Assembly: GCA_021613535.1 (NCBI GenBank)
Contig: CP075493.1
Location: 9,362,001-9,426,000, forward strand
Length of the DNA: 64,000 nucleotides
Direction of reading: 5' to 3'
From: Adineta vaga
Lineage: Eukaryota; Animalia; Rotifera
Both the position numbers and the translations under genes were made by a program. The notes under the pieces are model-generated. The model was not told the origin of the DNA. It made no database searches and saw only the letters and a program-made list of their open reading frames with translations. Below, piece by piece: positions 1 to 13,619 of this stretch. The first letter of the stretch is position 1, and each line of letters begins with the position of its first letter.

Positions 1-2139
1 GTTGTACATAACATACTATTTGATGACTTAATCATTACATTTGAACAGCTGCCTTTTTTTATTAGTACAAGAGAAAAAGAAACGACTTTTATTCGACCTT
101 GATTCATTGAAATTATCCTTAGATAACAAGATACTCCTGTGTATTCTTATTTAACTTTATTATTGTATGAGAATAGAAACAGAATCATTCAATGTTAGTA
201 GTTGTAATCGTTGATGATAGTCTATATTAATATCTTTATTTACTTCTATTCTGACTTATGTCATGTAGATGAAAAAAACGTTATTTAGAAAGGTAAAAAA
301 GAAAGGACGAAGTAAAATAGAGAAAGAAACAAGAAAAAGAAGAGAAGGGGAAAGAGAGCCAGATAAATACGCATACAGCACAGGGACAGTGTCAATCCCA
401 TTCTATCGTTTACTTGCTTATGCGTCGTTACTATGAGATGTCGTTTCTGTGATTTTAATTGCTTTCATATGTGTTCATGTCTACTTCGAAATATTTCTTA
501 GACAAAAAAACCAGATCATCCGAAATCATTTTTCTTTATGTACCCATCGTAGTCATTGTTGATGAAAGTCATTTGAGCAGAAGAACGCAATTCGAATCAA
601 CGTCGAGATGGTCTATGAAAAGCAGCGGAAATAGAAAAGAAAGAATCATTTCTTTCAAAACTCCATCAGTACACTACAGGGAAACATTAGTTTCTTGTTA
701 AGACATTATATAGAAAAGAGAATGATAGGACTTGTCATGCAACAACGTGAAGGTTAGAAGTTTTCAACAAGCTGTCTATCGATTGATTGTGTTCAATATC
801 AATATAATTACGTTTTCTTTTCTTTTATAGAATATTCTAAATTATTACACTTAATTGAATTCATTGTTTAACTATCGGGGTGGCAAGCTGTTGGTCATTT
901 CTATCTATTGTAAGTAATTTCACATGTACATGTGTGATGATATTCATTTATTTATTCATTTTTGACAAGAGTGTTGATGATGTTCTATTGAAAAGGAGAG
1001 ATAAACATCTCTGTCGCGCCAGTGATACGTTTGTGTATTTAGCCCCCTGCATGACCAGTCAATTGAGTTCTTCACTTGTCGTCGTCTTCTTCTTCTCTTC
1101 TCGTTTTCTTTTTTATTGTCTTATCAAAACGTTGAGTAAATGTCGTGTATATATAGACAATCTTCACATCACAGCATTGTCCTTCAATTTACAGACGAGA
1201 AGAATGATTATTAAGTATGGAAATGTCGACCTTTACGAGAGAGAGAGAGTTTTTCTTTTTAATTGTATAGAAAAATTGACGAAAGTGAACGTTATGCAAG
1301 TTCTTGTTCATCATTATCGGATTAGAGACCGTAAGGGGACACAACAAATATATATATATAATATATTTATAATAATTTTTGCGTGCCTCATACTGTTAAA
1401 CCTACATTTATATTTGTTCGCGATTATATAACAAATACAAATCTCGATGAGGAATGGTGTTTGATAGAAAGACAAATTGGATACGCTCAATCAATTTTCA
1501 TTTCTTGTCATTTGCGTTTATTTATATGAGTGAAAGAATAAGAGAGAGAGTGTGTGTGAGAGTTCAATGATCGATTAGATCGTTGTAGTTGTGACATGTG
1601 TATATGGTCATTAAGTTCGAGTTGTTTTTTATTATTAGGTTGGAGAAAGATGAGAATATGTAGACAAAAAGATAAGCGTTTATGTCTAGTCTTTAACGAT
1701 CAATGATATATTATTCATCAATAAATTCGAATATGTACTTGAAGGAAAAAAGAATACGTTTTTTTATGATATTAGAGACAATTAATAGAGCAGATAAGAT
1801 ATGTCGAATAACCTTGGACGGATGTAATATTTGTTCATGGTTGTCGTTACCGTTAATCAGTCACGAGTAAATGCTTATTCCTATAGAGTTATCTGTTTTC
1901 TTTCTCGATCGAGTTTGTCATTGGTCTGTGAAGGGAAATGAGAAAAAAAAAGAAAGTCAAGAGCAGCATCCAATATAGAGAAAAAGAACTTCATATAGAA
2001 AAATAATACACACGTGGTGTTCGTGTCTTTTTCTTTGGATGATGTTCATAGTCGCGATTTTTTTCTTCTTCTTCTTCTTCTCTTTCTGTTCGTTTGTGAT
2101 TATGTCGTTTATTCTCTTCGTATGTAGGTTCGCCAAAAA

Positions 2140-2736
2140 ATGGTGAAGAACAGTCATCATGGTGGTTCTAAAGCGCTCGGTAAATTATTCCAATTTTACT
2201 TACCAGCTAAAACTCATCGAACATATTCATGTCTACATTGTCGGGCACAATTAGCAAACCATGATGATCTTATTTCGAAAGTATGAAAGGAAAATTCACT
2301 TTCTATCTTCAATAATGAATCTTGATCTTTAGTCATTTCAAGGCAGTCAAGGTCGAGCGTATCTATTCAATTCCGTGTATGTACTCTTTTTCTTTTCAAT
2401 CATTCTTTAAAATTGTATATTTACCTTTGTAGAGTTAATGTAAATACCAGTGCTGCTGAAGAGCGTGTATTACTTACGGGTCTTCATGAAGTTGCTGATG
2501 TTTATTGTGATTGTTGCAAAACATTACTTGGCTGGAAATATGTAAAGAAACTCTTTTTTTTTGTCTATTTAAAAGAAAAACAAAATCTTATTTTCGCTTT
2601 TCTTTTCCAGGAACATGCATTTGAATCAAGCCAGAAATATAAAGAAGGAAAATATATTATTGAACTTGTACATATGATAAAAGATAATGGTTGGGATGAT
2701 GAAAATGTTGATCAATCGAAATATTTAAAGAAATAA
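2140..2736 (+). CDS. YPEL: Yippee-like zinc-binding protein (4 coding exons)
   Basis: Spliced translation MVKNSHH...[38 protein letters not shown]...[46 protein letters not shown] matches the Yippee family, with two CxxC motifs and GT-AG introns. Confidence 0.96.
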
Positions 2737-3697
2737 ATTAGTTCACCCGCGTGCCCACAAACAGTGATGTTACCAGTTTTCAAAAAGAAAGAAACACAAA
2801 TCAATTACATATACCCTCCATTTTTTTTCTTTCTATTTATCTAGTCATCTTTCCATATATTAACCGTCGATTCTTTTTTTTCTTCGTCTTCTTCAAAACT
2901 AGTATTAACATGGGGATAAGTAGAGGAAACAAATGTTTGATTTGTGCCATTTCACTCTTATTTTTATTTTCTTTCGTTATTTGCTTTCGTGTATATACGT
3001 AGCATACCTTTTCTTGTTACTTTCATGTATATAAATTCCGCTTGTATATATCAGATACTGAAATGTCGAAGAAGTAAGTTTTCTTTCTTTTTGTTTTTTT
3101 TTGTTTTCTATTATTGTTTCGATCGGTGTTTGTTTCTCCGGCGTGATTTGTTTCCTTCTTCTACTTCGTTTTTCTTTCGACAATAGAAATACAGAGTGAC
3201 TATGACGACCGTGTGAAAGACAAAAGAAAAATGAATTACGATTGTATCATCAATGATAAGAAGAATTTTATAGGTCACGAATGATCATATGCAAATAGCA
3301 CTTGGGACAAAGATGGTAAATATAAACGGAGGACAATATATTGACTTGTCAAAGATGATAACAGATAGTTCAAGTGATGATCAATGAGAATTTTTCAACT
3401 ATTGAATTGAATAGTATATGACATATGTATATATCAGAACTTTTGATTGTTAAATGAAATCATAGCAGATAGATAACTATCAAATTTATTGTTGAAATCA
3501 GTGGTTGGTAGAAGAAAAAAAAACATTTACTTTTCTATGCGATGATTATTTTGATGATCATAACGAGAAAAAAAAGAAGGTTTTATGTCGTTACGGTTGG
3601 TCAAATAAAATGTGTATGTATAAAAACATTGAAGAAATGTTTTCGCTATTGATAATATAAGAAGGTATTCACGGTTGACTGCAACTATAGGTAGAAA

Positions 3698-4842
3698 ATG
3701 CTCTGGGATCTTGTTTATTATCTATGCGGAATATTTGGCTTTATTCTTTTATACGAATATTTTCAACGAAATATAGCCAAACAAAAAGCACAATTAGATT
3801 TTCTTAAAAGTCTAGACAATTTTACACTTAATTCATTATCAATCTGCAATAAAAAGTAAAAAGTCGTTACAAACGAAGGGAAAAACAATGATGTATGACT
3901 TTTTGCGTTTTTTCTTAGACCATATGAGAAAATTAAACAAGAACTTTCATCGTATTTCTATTTTCAACGTCTTCGAATTATATTTGGTATTGATTTATCG
4001 GCTAGTAATGAATGGCAAGGACAAAAAACATTCAATGGACAATCATTACATAAGATTCAAACAAATAAAATTTTAAATCCATATCAAAAAGTATCAATGA
4101 AATATATTTTCCATTCAAGATGATGATCTACTTCGTTTATTCTAGGCTATTAGTCAATTAGGTCCAATTTTTGAAGAAATTTTTGCATCAAAAATTGAAT
4201 ATTCAAGTTTTGGATTTGGTGATGAAGACACAAAAGATTATTCATTCTTTCCAATTGTTGGTTCGGGCGAAGGATTTAATAATCATCAATTGATTCTTGA
4301 CGCGTAATGTTGAATACCATGCGTCTCTTTCTTTTTAATATTCTTCTTTTTCCAGTTATTTAGAACAAACAAAAACTGTAACTCTCAGTGGTCCAACAGA
4401 ATATACGCCAATAATCAAAAAATTAATATCCTATGGTATTCATTGTCGACAAGATTTTACCATGTTAATTATATTAACGGATGAATTAAAAGTTTCACAT
4501 GAAAATAAAACATTAGTTGAAACAATTCGTTTATTAACAAATCTACCTAATATCTGTTTGCTTGTTATCGGCGTGGGTGATGGACCTTGGGGAAAACTTT
4601 CGTATGAAGAACATCGTCTTCGAGAAGCAGTATTTGAAAAAATTAATCAGAAAAAAGTACCGAAACCATTGGTTGAATCAAAAATAATCTATGATAATTT
4701 TCATTTCGTCAATCACAATAGTTTCGTTGTTAAACCAGACAAAATGGATACGGAAAATTATTTTGCACGAGCTGTCTTGCGAAAATTACCAACACAATTG
4801 AAACAAGCTTATCATCATGATGAACATCGACCACGACCTTAA
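3698..4842 (+). CDS. Membrane-anchored copine-type vWA domain protein (RGLG/CPNA-like; no C2 or RING domain)
   Basis: Exon 1 has a hydrophobic helix (LVYYLCGIFGFILLY). Later exons give IFGIDLSASNEWQGQKTFNGQSLH, NPYQK, FGFGD, LSGPT, IILTD, VIGVGDGPW and DNFHFVN, the motif series of the copine/RGLG vWA domain. Confidence 0.85.
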
Positions 4843-5265
4843 CTATACAAGTCATTTGTTTAAACATTTCATCAATTTTTCCCGTTTTTTTTCTTCATTC
4901 TTATATGAAAAGTAGTGACCTATTTGAATAAATTGAAAGGAAAGAAATCAATCATTATTTGAGTGTATTACTGCCATCTGTCATATAGAGGTCGTGTGAG
5001 ATTGTTCGATAACTATGATTGGTAAATAATTTCCAATTTTTCTATTGGAAGATTTAACATAAAAAACTAATGATAACCAATAAGAAAAATTCGCACATAG
5101 ACATTATCCATTCGACCTGTTGTAATATCGTTCATAATAATATAACGATTTTTTTTCTTTTTCTATATTAATTCTCATTCGCTTATTTCTTTCCTTGCTG
5201 GAAAAGAAAAAAACTAATCGGTTTAAGAATTTTTCTGTTTCTAGGTATTCATTTCATTGAATAGA

Positions 5266-7823
5266 ATGCATCAAATGGAAGAGGCTCCACCGCCTCAACC
5301 AGTAAATCTCAATATTTCACCGTTGAAAACTGAAGTGATTGAACAACCAATACCATCTTTACCTACACCAGTTCCATTAACAGAAATACCATCTGCTACC
5401 GCCACACAAATGATAACTGTACCGATTGCTCCAGCACCACCGTTGTTAACCAGCACACCATCAGCATCAGTAAAAAAACCGAAACGAGTATGTCGAATAC
5501 ATTCATTCATTTTCTAATCATAATAATGTTTATTTAGGGTTTTCGTTCATTACTGAATAGCAGAAAACCATTTCGATCATCAACGAAACCGGCGACATTA
5601 CTTGCGCGACCATCAATCATCAGTACTTCAACAATATTACCACATTCACAACAACCAATTCTACTTAGTAATCAGATAGGTAAAAAAAATGAGATATATT
5701 TCAAAAATACTCTTACTATTTTTGCTGATTTTAGCACCAATTATTCCTAAAGTAGCATCAGCAAGTAAGTCATTGTATTTTACTTCTATCAAAACTTATT
5801 TCAATCTCTTTATAGTTCCAACAAATACACCACAAGGATTTACTACTTATCTAGTGGTCGATGGCAATCAAGGCCAAGTACATAACAATCTTCCTCAGGT
5901 TGTTTTTATATCCTACTTCTTTCTTTAGCTTGTTCAAGTCGCTAATGATGGCCCAAAACCTGTTACATTTCGAAATCAAAATGGTCAAATTCTACAAGCA
6001 ACACCGATCACTGTCTTACCAACAGCTAATCAACCTGTTGTTTCTACCTTTCCAGTCAATGGGGATTGCTCATTATGTAAATAATTTCATATTTCTTACA
6101 TAAGTAAACGAAAATATCTGTTTGTCTTTTAGTATCTAATTCCTCACAAACAATCACAACTGTTCGAACGAGTTCTTCAATCGATATGCAACAACAAAGT
6201 AAATCTTTCTATGAAATAGAACAATTAAGTTAATGTGTTCTACTTTTCTTAGCAACTTTAACGAGCGATACAACTACGATGACCACTCAACAACTAACAG
6301 GTATCATTCACCAACCACCGATTTTACCGACAACTATCATCAATGGAAATAATTTATCAACATATGATAATAATTCGTCATTGGATGAGACAAAAACATC
6401 GGATACGAGTAATTTATCACTTTCATTAGCGCAAATTGCACAAAATGTTAATCATCGTCATCGTCGATCAAGCAGGTAAAACGGATAGAAGTCTTTGTTT
6501 TTTTTAATATCATTTTCATCTATCTTAGTTCGAGTTTATCGAAAAAGAAACGTGGTCGTCCGAGGTTTGTTCCATTAAATAGATTTAGCTGATCGATAAA
6601 TTCAATATTTAGATTATATGAACGAGATCCATTTACTAATAAACCAATAAAAAGTGATTTAACTCCTCCAAATACAGAATTAGCAATTCCAACGATTACA
6701 AATACAACATTATTGATGCCAGGACAATCGACTGCATTTAATTCATTACCAACGCATTCAAATGGTTGTAGTCCTCTTATATTTTCAAACCAACAAGTAA
6801 GTTTCATTTTTACATCCTAGATAAGTTTAGCATAACTCGACATATTTCCATATTAGTCTTCAATTCCTATGGCTGCTCCATCATTATTACAACAACATCA
6901 TTACTCATATCCATCATTATTAAATGGAAATACATCATCAACGACTGTATTAACACCACCGACATATAATACTTATACAAATAATTCGACCACACCATTG
7001 TCATCAACAACATTTCCCTATTCATCTCAACCAATAGCTAAAGAATATCATTCACCAACTGTGCCTTTAGTCATACCTACACATAATTTACAAACAACTT
7101 CCATAAAAAATACTAATGTATCAAATATTGTTCCATTAGAATCTTCACCAAGAAAATCTTCGAATAATGATATTGCTGTTCATTATATTGGTGGTTATGT
7201 TATACGTGAAAGTAGTCAACCATTTTTACCACATGATAATTCAAATCATAAAGAAAATCATGATCAACTTCGGTGTATTACATGTCAAAAATCAGATAAT
7301 TCCCATCGATTCTATGATCAAGAAAAGAAATTTTGCTCAAAACTATGTTCACTAAAATCAAATGAAATTCAAACACCAATTATAACTGAACCAATAAAAG
7401 TGAGATGAGAAGATTAAAGATAACCCTGTTGTATTGAATTATTTGCTTTAGGTTTTGGAAAATGTCATTCCACAACAATCTTATGATTCAAATAATGATG
7501 AACCAATCTCTTTACCACCCGATCATGGTCTTCCATCAGATCCAAGTAAATGGACGGTGAGTTTCGAATGATTTCTTTTACAAAATAAAAAGTAAATATG
7601 AGTCTTCTTTTGATAGGTTTCACAAGTTGGAGAATTTATTGCACGATTAACTAATGACACTATTCGAGAAGCTTTTTATGAAAGTGAAATGGATGGCCAA
7701 GCATTATTATTAATGACTCAAGATCATCTACGTGAAACAATGAAAATTAAATTAGGACCATCATTAGTTATATCCAGTGAAATAAATAAATTACGTGAAC
7801 GTGCCAAGACATATTCATCGTGA
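5266..7823 (+). CDS. Polyhomeotic-like PRC1 subunit (HD1 + FCS zinc finger + SAM), multi-exon
   Basis: HD1-like IAVHYIGGYVIRESSQPF; FCS finger CITC...KKFCSKLC; SAM domain PSDPSKWT/VSQVGEFI...EMDGQALLLMTQDHLRETMKIKLGPSLVI; long P/T/S/Q-rich N-terminus. Start codon approximate. Confidence 0.88.
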
Positions 7824-9095
7824 TTCATTCATTGTTTGTATCTTGCTAATCAATGTTCACACTATTGTATTATTTATTGGGTTAAACTAGTGAAACTTTT
7901 TGGGCATTTTGTGAATTAGATAAATCTTGTATTTGTTTGGTCTCTTTTTTTTGTATGTAGATATTTTCGAGCGAATGGAAAATATATTTGTTTCCTTTTT
8001 GTTGTATTATATTACGAACATATGAAGTCGACATTTTCTGTTCGAACTATGAGCAAGCTTCTTTTAGAAGGTATGGATACCAACTCAAAAATAGTGAAAT
8101 CAACAAAATCAAATGAGAACACATGGATGACGGTGAAGTCCAACATCGAGAAGAATACGTAGGACACTCTGTGCTGTTTGATTTGAATTACAAAGTTCTT
8201 GAATACATTCTATATCAAGTTCTTTGAATTCTCGTTCTTTTCCACTAATATAATAGTAATTACAAAAATATCATGCCGAAGTGATCGTCTCGTTTCACAG
8301 ATAGAATTTAGTTGTATCACACAAGTTTGACATTGATCAAATATTTCTTTTTCTTGATCATCTTTGTAATATTCAATTGGTTTTACACTACTATTGGCAA
8401 TCAGCAATCATTCACGCATTCGAGAGAGCGCAATATTTGTTGATAGACCTACTTGAGTTTGAACTTCAGATGGATGTGATATTTCATAGTAGAAACGCCA
8501 AGTATATTTAGATCACTATGTGCTTGGCAAGTCAGTAGTGGTTGTAAAGTTACATTCAACTTAATCTATTGATTACAATTCGAGTAATACGATCGAATAC
8601 CATAAACAATAAGTATTAAAAAACACTTTAGATACAATAAATGATCTTCTATATTTGACAACTTGTTATCTTATGACATATTTAAAAAAAGTATGAGATT
8701 TTGTTTCGGTGTATTCTATATTAATCAAATATTAAATCAAGGATCGGCAAGTGTATGAATCGATTCATTTTAGTTTCTATTGCTCGAAATTTCATTAAGC
8801 GTTAACAAAATGTTCTCGTAGAACAGAACAGAACAGTCAATCTTTTTCCATAACGATTCCATAGTTACGCCACTTATTGAATTTTCTATGAATAAAAGCA
8901 ACCATTTGTGTACTATCTACTATCGCAACACTCTATAATTGAATTTCCGAAACTATTGCCGTATCTTATACATAGTAGCTAATTAGTAGAAAAGCGACAG
9001 ATATGATCTTTAAAATGCTAGTTTACTATTTTACCTGTCAAAATCAACGCCATCTTTTCTTTTACCTTTCTGAAAATAAAGTAGTAGCAGCAATA

Positions 9096-9114
9096 CACGT
9101 CGAAGGTTCATTGG
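9096..9114 (-). promoter_or_regulatory. Possible ER-stress element (CCAAT-N9-ACGTG) upstream of GRP94
   Basis: The minus strand reads CCAATgaaccttcgACGTG, a CCAAT box 9 nt from an ACGT core, ~170 nt upstream of the GRP94 ATG. It resembles but does not match the ERSE consensus CCAAT-N9-CCACG. Confidence 0.35.
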
Positions 9115-9283
9115 TTATTTAAATTGATCATTCCAATTTGAACAGAACATTAAGTGTTGGTCTTCACCTGTAAAACAATCGTACTTATTGAATGAGACAA
9201 TCATAAGCAGTTTCATTCTTTTTGATAGTCGATTTAAGATTACTTGTTACTCTCACTTTCATAATACAAAGAAACAATTTGCC

Positions 9284-12141
9284 ATGTTTAAGTGGCTTCT
9301 TATCACTGTTCTTCTTGGTGCATTACTTTTTACAAGTAAGACCAATACTGTTCTCATTGTAAGTACCTTGATTTTCTTTTTTTTTGCCATCCAGATTCTT
9401 GTAAAGCTGAAGATGAAACCGAGACATCATCATCATCAATTCCACCAGAAGTTGATGAAGATATCGGAAAACATACTGATGGATCAAAAACTGACGATGA
9501 AGTTGTTCGAAAGTAATAGTTATTAGACTATCTCTTTCATGCAATTCTTTATACTCTTATCTAGGGAAGAAGAAGCAATTAAATTGGACGGTTTGAGCGC
9601 AAAAGAATTTCGAACATTAGTTGATGCATCAGAGAAACATCAATTTCAAACAGAAGTCAATCGTATGATGAAACTAATTATTAATTCATTATATAAAAAT
9701 AAAGAAATCTTTATACGAGAATTGATTTCAAATGCTTCAGATGCGCTCGATAAAATTCGTTTTCTTTCTCTTACTGATAAGAGTGTACTCGGTGATAAAG
9801 AAGAATTAACTATACGAATTAAAGTCGATCGAGAAGATCGTATGATTCATATTACTGATACTGGTATTGGTATGACCAAAGATGAATTGATTAAATTTCT
9901 TGGTACTATTGCGAAATCGGATACATCGGAATTTTTCAATAAAGTACAAGATGCTCAAAGTGAAGGAAAAGATGGAGCATCAATGAGTGATCTTATTGGA
10001 CAATTTGGTGTTGGATTTTATTCAAGTTTTCTCGTTGCTGATAAAGTCATTGTAACATCGAAAAATAATGCCGATGATCAATATATTTGGGAATCGGATT
10101 CGTCATCATTTAAAGTATTTAAAGATCCTCGTGGAAATACTCTTGGCCGTGGAACAACTGTCAGGTAAAAGGAGTGATTTTCATTGTTACTTTTTCAATG
10201 ATTAGTTTTATTTTGTCAGTATTCATTTGAAAGAAGAAGCCGGTGAATATTTAGAACAACCAGCATTTGAAGATATTATTCGTAAATATTCACAATTTAT
10301 TAATTTCAATATTTATCTATGGAAATTTACGACAACAAAAGAACAAGTACCGGAAGAAGAAGAAGAAGAGGGTAAGAAAGATTATTTAGTAGAATGTATA
10401 AATATCCTTATAGTTTTATTTTCTTAGCTCCTACAGAAGAAAAGAAACCTGAAGATACGGAAAAGAAAGGTGATGAAGATGCGGCTGTTGAAGATGTTAA
10501 GGAAGAAGTCAAGAAGCCAAAGAAAATGAAAACTGTTGATAAAACTGTATGGAATTGGGAATTAATGAATGAAAGTAAACCAATCTGGCAACGAAAGTAA
10601 GTCTTTTCTCTATGTATTGAATAGTCTAATAGGGTTCAAGTTTTGAGATCATTTAAAATAAGAATTAGTTTAAAAACTATTAGTATATATTTCAATTCTT
10701 CTTTCTTTTTGTTAGACAATCTGAAATTTCCGATGAAGATTATATTTCTTTCTACAAATCATTTACTAAAGAATCGGATAATCCAATGATCTACAGTCAT
10801 TTTACTGCTGAAGGTGAAGTAACATTTAAATCCATTCTCTATGTTCCCAAAACTGCTGCATTTGATTTATTCTCAAATTATAATCGTGCTACGGATTCTA
10901 TCAAACTTTATGTTCGTCGAGTATTCATTACAGATAATTTTGAAGAAATGATGCCAAGATATCTATCATTTATTCGGGGTGTTGTTGATAGTGACGATCT
11001 ACCATTGAATGTTTCACGTGAAACTTTACAACAATCGAAATTACTCAAAGTTATTAAGAAAAAACTTGTACGTAAAGCTTTAGATATGTTAAAGAAGATT
11101 TCTCCTGAAGATTATGAAATATTTTGGAAAGAATATGGTACGAATATTAAATTAGGTGTTATTGAAGATACAAGTAATCGAACACGTTTAGCTAAATTAC
11201 TTCGTTTTACAACATCATTATCGAAAACAAAACAGTATAGTTTATCAGAATATCTTGAACGTATGAAACCAAAACAAGAACATATTTATTTCATTGCTGC
11301 TATGTCTTATGAAGCTGCAGAAAAATCACCATTTGTTGAACGTATATTAAAGAAAGGTTATGAAATTCTTTATCTAACTGATCCTGTTGATCAATATTGT
11401 ATGCAATCATTACCTGAATATGAAGGTAAAAAATTTCAAAATGTTGCCAAAGAAGGTTTAGAATTAGATAAAACAGACGTGAAATCAGAAGAGGCAAAGA
11501 AACGTTTAGAAAAAATGTATGAACCACTCTTAACATGGTTGAAAGAACAATTACGAGACAAAGTTCTTGATACGAAAGTATCAGATCGTTTGGTGCAAAC
11601 ACCCATGGCACTTGTTGCTTCTCAATATGGTTATGATGGAAATATGGAACGAATTGCTCGTGCACAAGCTTATCAAAAGAGTGGAGGTGATTCTACAATG
11701 AATTATTATTTGAATCAAAAGAAAACTTTAGAAATCAATCCACGTCATCCATTAATTAAAGATTTACTTCGTCGTATCGAAGATTCCAAAGATGATAAAG
11801 TTGCTATTGATCTTGCAAATGTTATGTTCGAAGCAGCAACACTTCGATCTGGTTATGAATTAAAAGATACATCTGGTTTTGCTGATCGAATTGAAACCAT
11901 GTTACGACGAGCAATGGGTGTTTCAAAAGAAGAACAAATTGATGAAGAACCAATGGACGAAGAAGAACAACAACAACAACCAAATGTACCGGAAGATGAA
12001 AATGTTATTGATGAAGATGATGAAGTGCCCATAGAACCAAAAAGATCTGCAAAATCAAAAAAGGTATGATAGAATCAGAAATTTATGTGTTTAATACTAT
12101 AGGTTTTTTAGAATGCCGATAAAACACATGATGATCTATGA
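9284..12141 (+). CDS. HSP90B1: Endoplasmin / GRP94 (ER Hsp90)
   Basis: Signal peptide [17 protein letters not shown]; [42 protein letters not shown] and EINPRHP motifs; last exon 12112-12141 encodes NADKTHDDL*, an ER-retrieval-type terminus. Confidence 0.98.
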
Positions 12142-12896
12142 AAAATATTAATCATGAACAATAATTAAACGAAATAGATAGTTATAATTCCGTCAAATAT
12201 AAATGTCTCGCTTTGTTTTTTCTTTCTTTCTTTCTTAATGAACAGCCCTTCCGAACTTACTCTCCCTCTCTCGTTCTCATTTATTGTATGTGTGATATAG
12301 TCTTTGTGCTTTTAAATTGCATTTTTTTAATCGATTAAAACGAGTCTCATACTGATCTTTCTCTTTTATATCATTTCGCTTGTCTTTAATGACGTTTTGT
12401 TTTTGTGTAGTCAATGTTGTTACTGGTGATACTTTTGTTTCCTTCTGAATTTTGACGAATAAATATATTTCATAGTGATTATTTGAAATGAATCCATTTG
12501 GATATGAGCAGCATCTATTCAAAGTCTTTCACCTTAGTCCGACAGAAATATACAATTTTTAATGGAAACAAACAGCCTCTGTTCCAGTTTGATACGTTTT
12601 ATGTCATATACCAAAAATTTCATTTTAACTTAAATATTCGCAATTGATTCATATAGTCATGTGGCGCTATCTACTTACTGAAGTTACTCTCGAAGAACAA
12701 ACTCTAGTCATGAGGGATAGAGAGATAGCAATGGCGATTTCATTCTATCAACGTCTACGACTTTCACAACGGTTTCTTTTTCCTTTTCATAAAGTTCACT
12801 TTCTCGTTTGTTCGAGATTACCTCTCACTAAAAAACAATCTATATTATTATATTGTTTTTCTTTGAAGTTATTTATTTCTTATTGTCTCATAATCG

Positions 12897-13619
12897 ATGG
12901 CTTCATGCATGGCATTAAAACGCTCATTTGACCATGATCGTGATTCTTCGAATACGAGTCCATTCGAATCTCGAACATCAACACCATCAAATAAACGACA
13001 ACGACGTTTTTTTCCAATGACGATTGTTTCATCACCAACAGCAGCAGCAGCAACAACAACAACGATGACTAATGAAACAATTGAATCCACAGTATTCCCT
13101 GATGTTCAACCAATTTCAACTGCTGGTAAGTGACAAAGAAGAATATTAAAAATTTCATCAATTAGTTTTTCTTCTTGATTTAGATGTTTTATTAACTCGG
13201 ATCAAAGAAGAAGTTCGTCGTCTTCAACGACGCCATCAAATGAAACTTCCAACAACATCTGATCAAAGTGATGATGATACAACTATGGCAAATCAAAATG
13301 AAATTCGTTCGACAACCAATCAACAACATCTATTAACACTTAAACAAGTGAATATGATCTGTGAGCGATTATTAAAAGAACGTGAAGAAAAAATTCGTGA
13401 AGAATATGATACAATTTTAACTAATAAACTTAATGGTTAGTAAAAATTTCCTAAAAGATATTGTATCGATATAAATCTTCTTCTCTTAGAACAATATGAA
13501 GGTTTTGTTCGATTCACTCAAGATCAACTTACACGACGATTTTCTGAATTACAATTTTCTTGTAAGTTTCATTTGTTTACTTTTACGAAATTCATTTCTT
13601 TCATTTAGATGTCTCATGA
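12897..13619 (+). CDS. AKIRIN: Akirin (4 exons)
   Basis: N-terminal [12 protein letters not shown]; C-terminal [48 protein letters not shown]...FSYVS*, ending in the diagnostic SYVS. Confidence 0.96.

Noticed and set aside
459-1431. ORFs 459-701 and 880-1431
   Set aside because: Non-ATG starts and F/I/L-rich composition typical of AT-rich non-coding DNA; probably the YPEL upstream/5'UTR region.
8210-8500. Protein-like minus-strand stretch (EISHPSEVQTQ...RMRE*LLIANSSVKPIEYYKDDQEKEIFDQCQTC), a possible pseudogene fragment
   Set aside because: In-frame stop, no splice structure and no family I can recognise; it would need a tBLASTx hit to support.
11300-11665. Antisense or alternate-frame ORFs over real genes (also 5295-5510, 46233-46505, 59765-60118)
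   Set aside because: Shadows of biased codon usage in the true reading frames.
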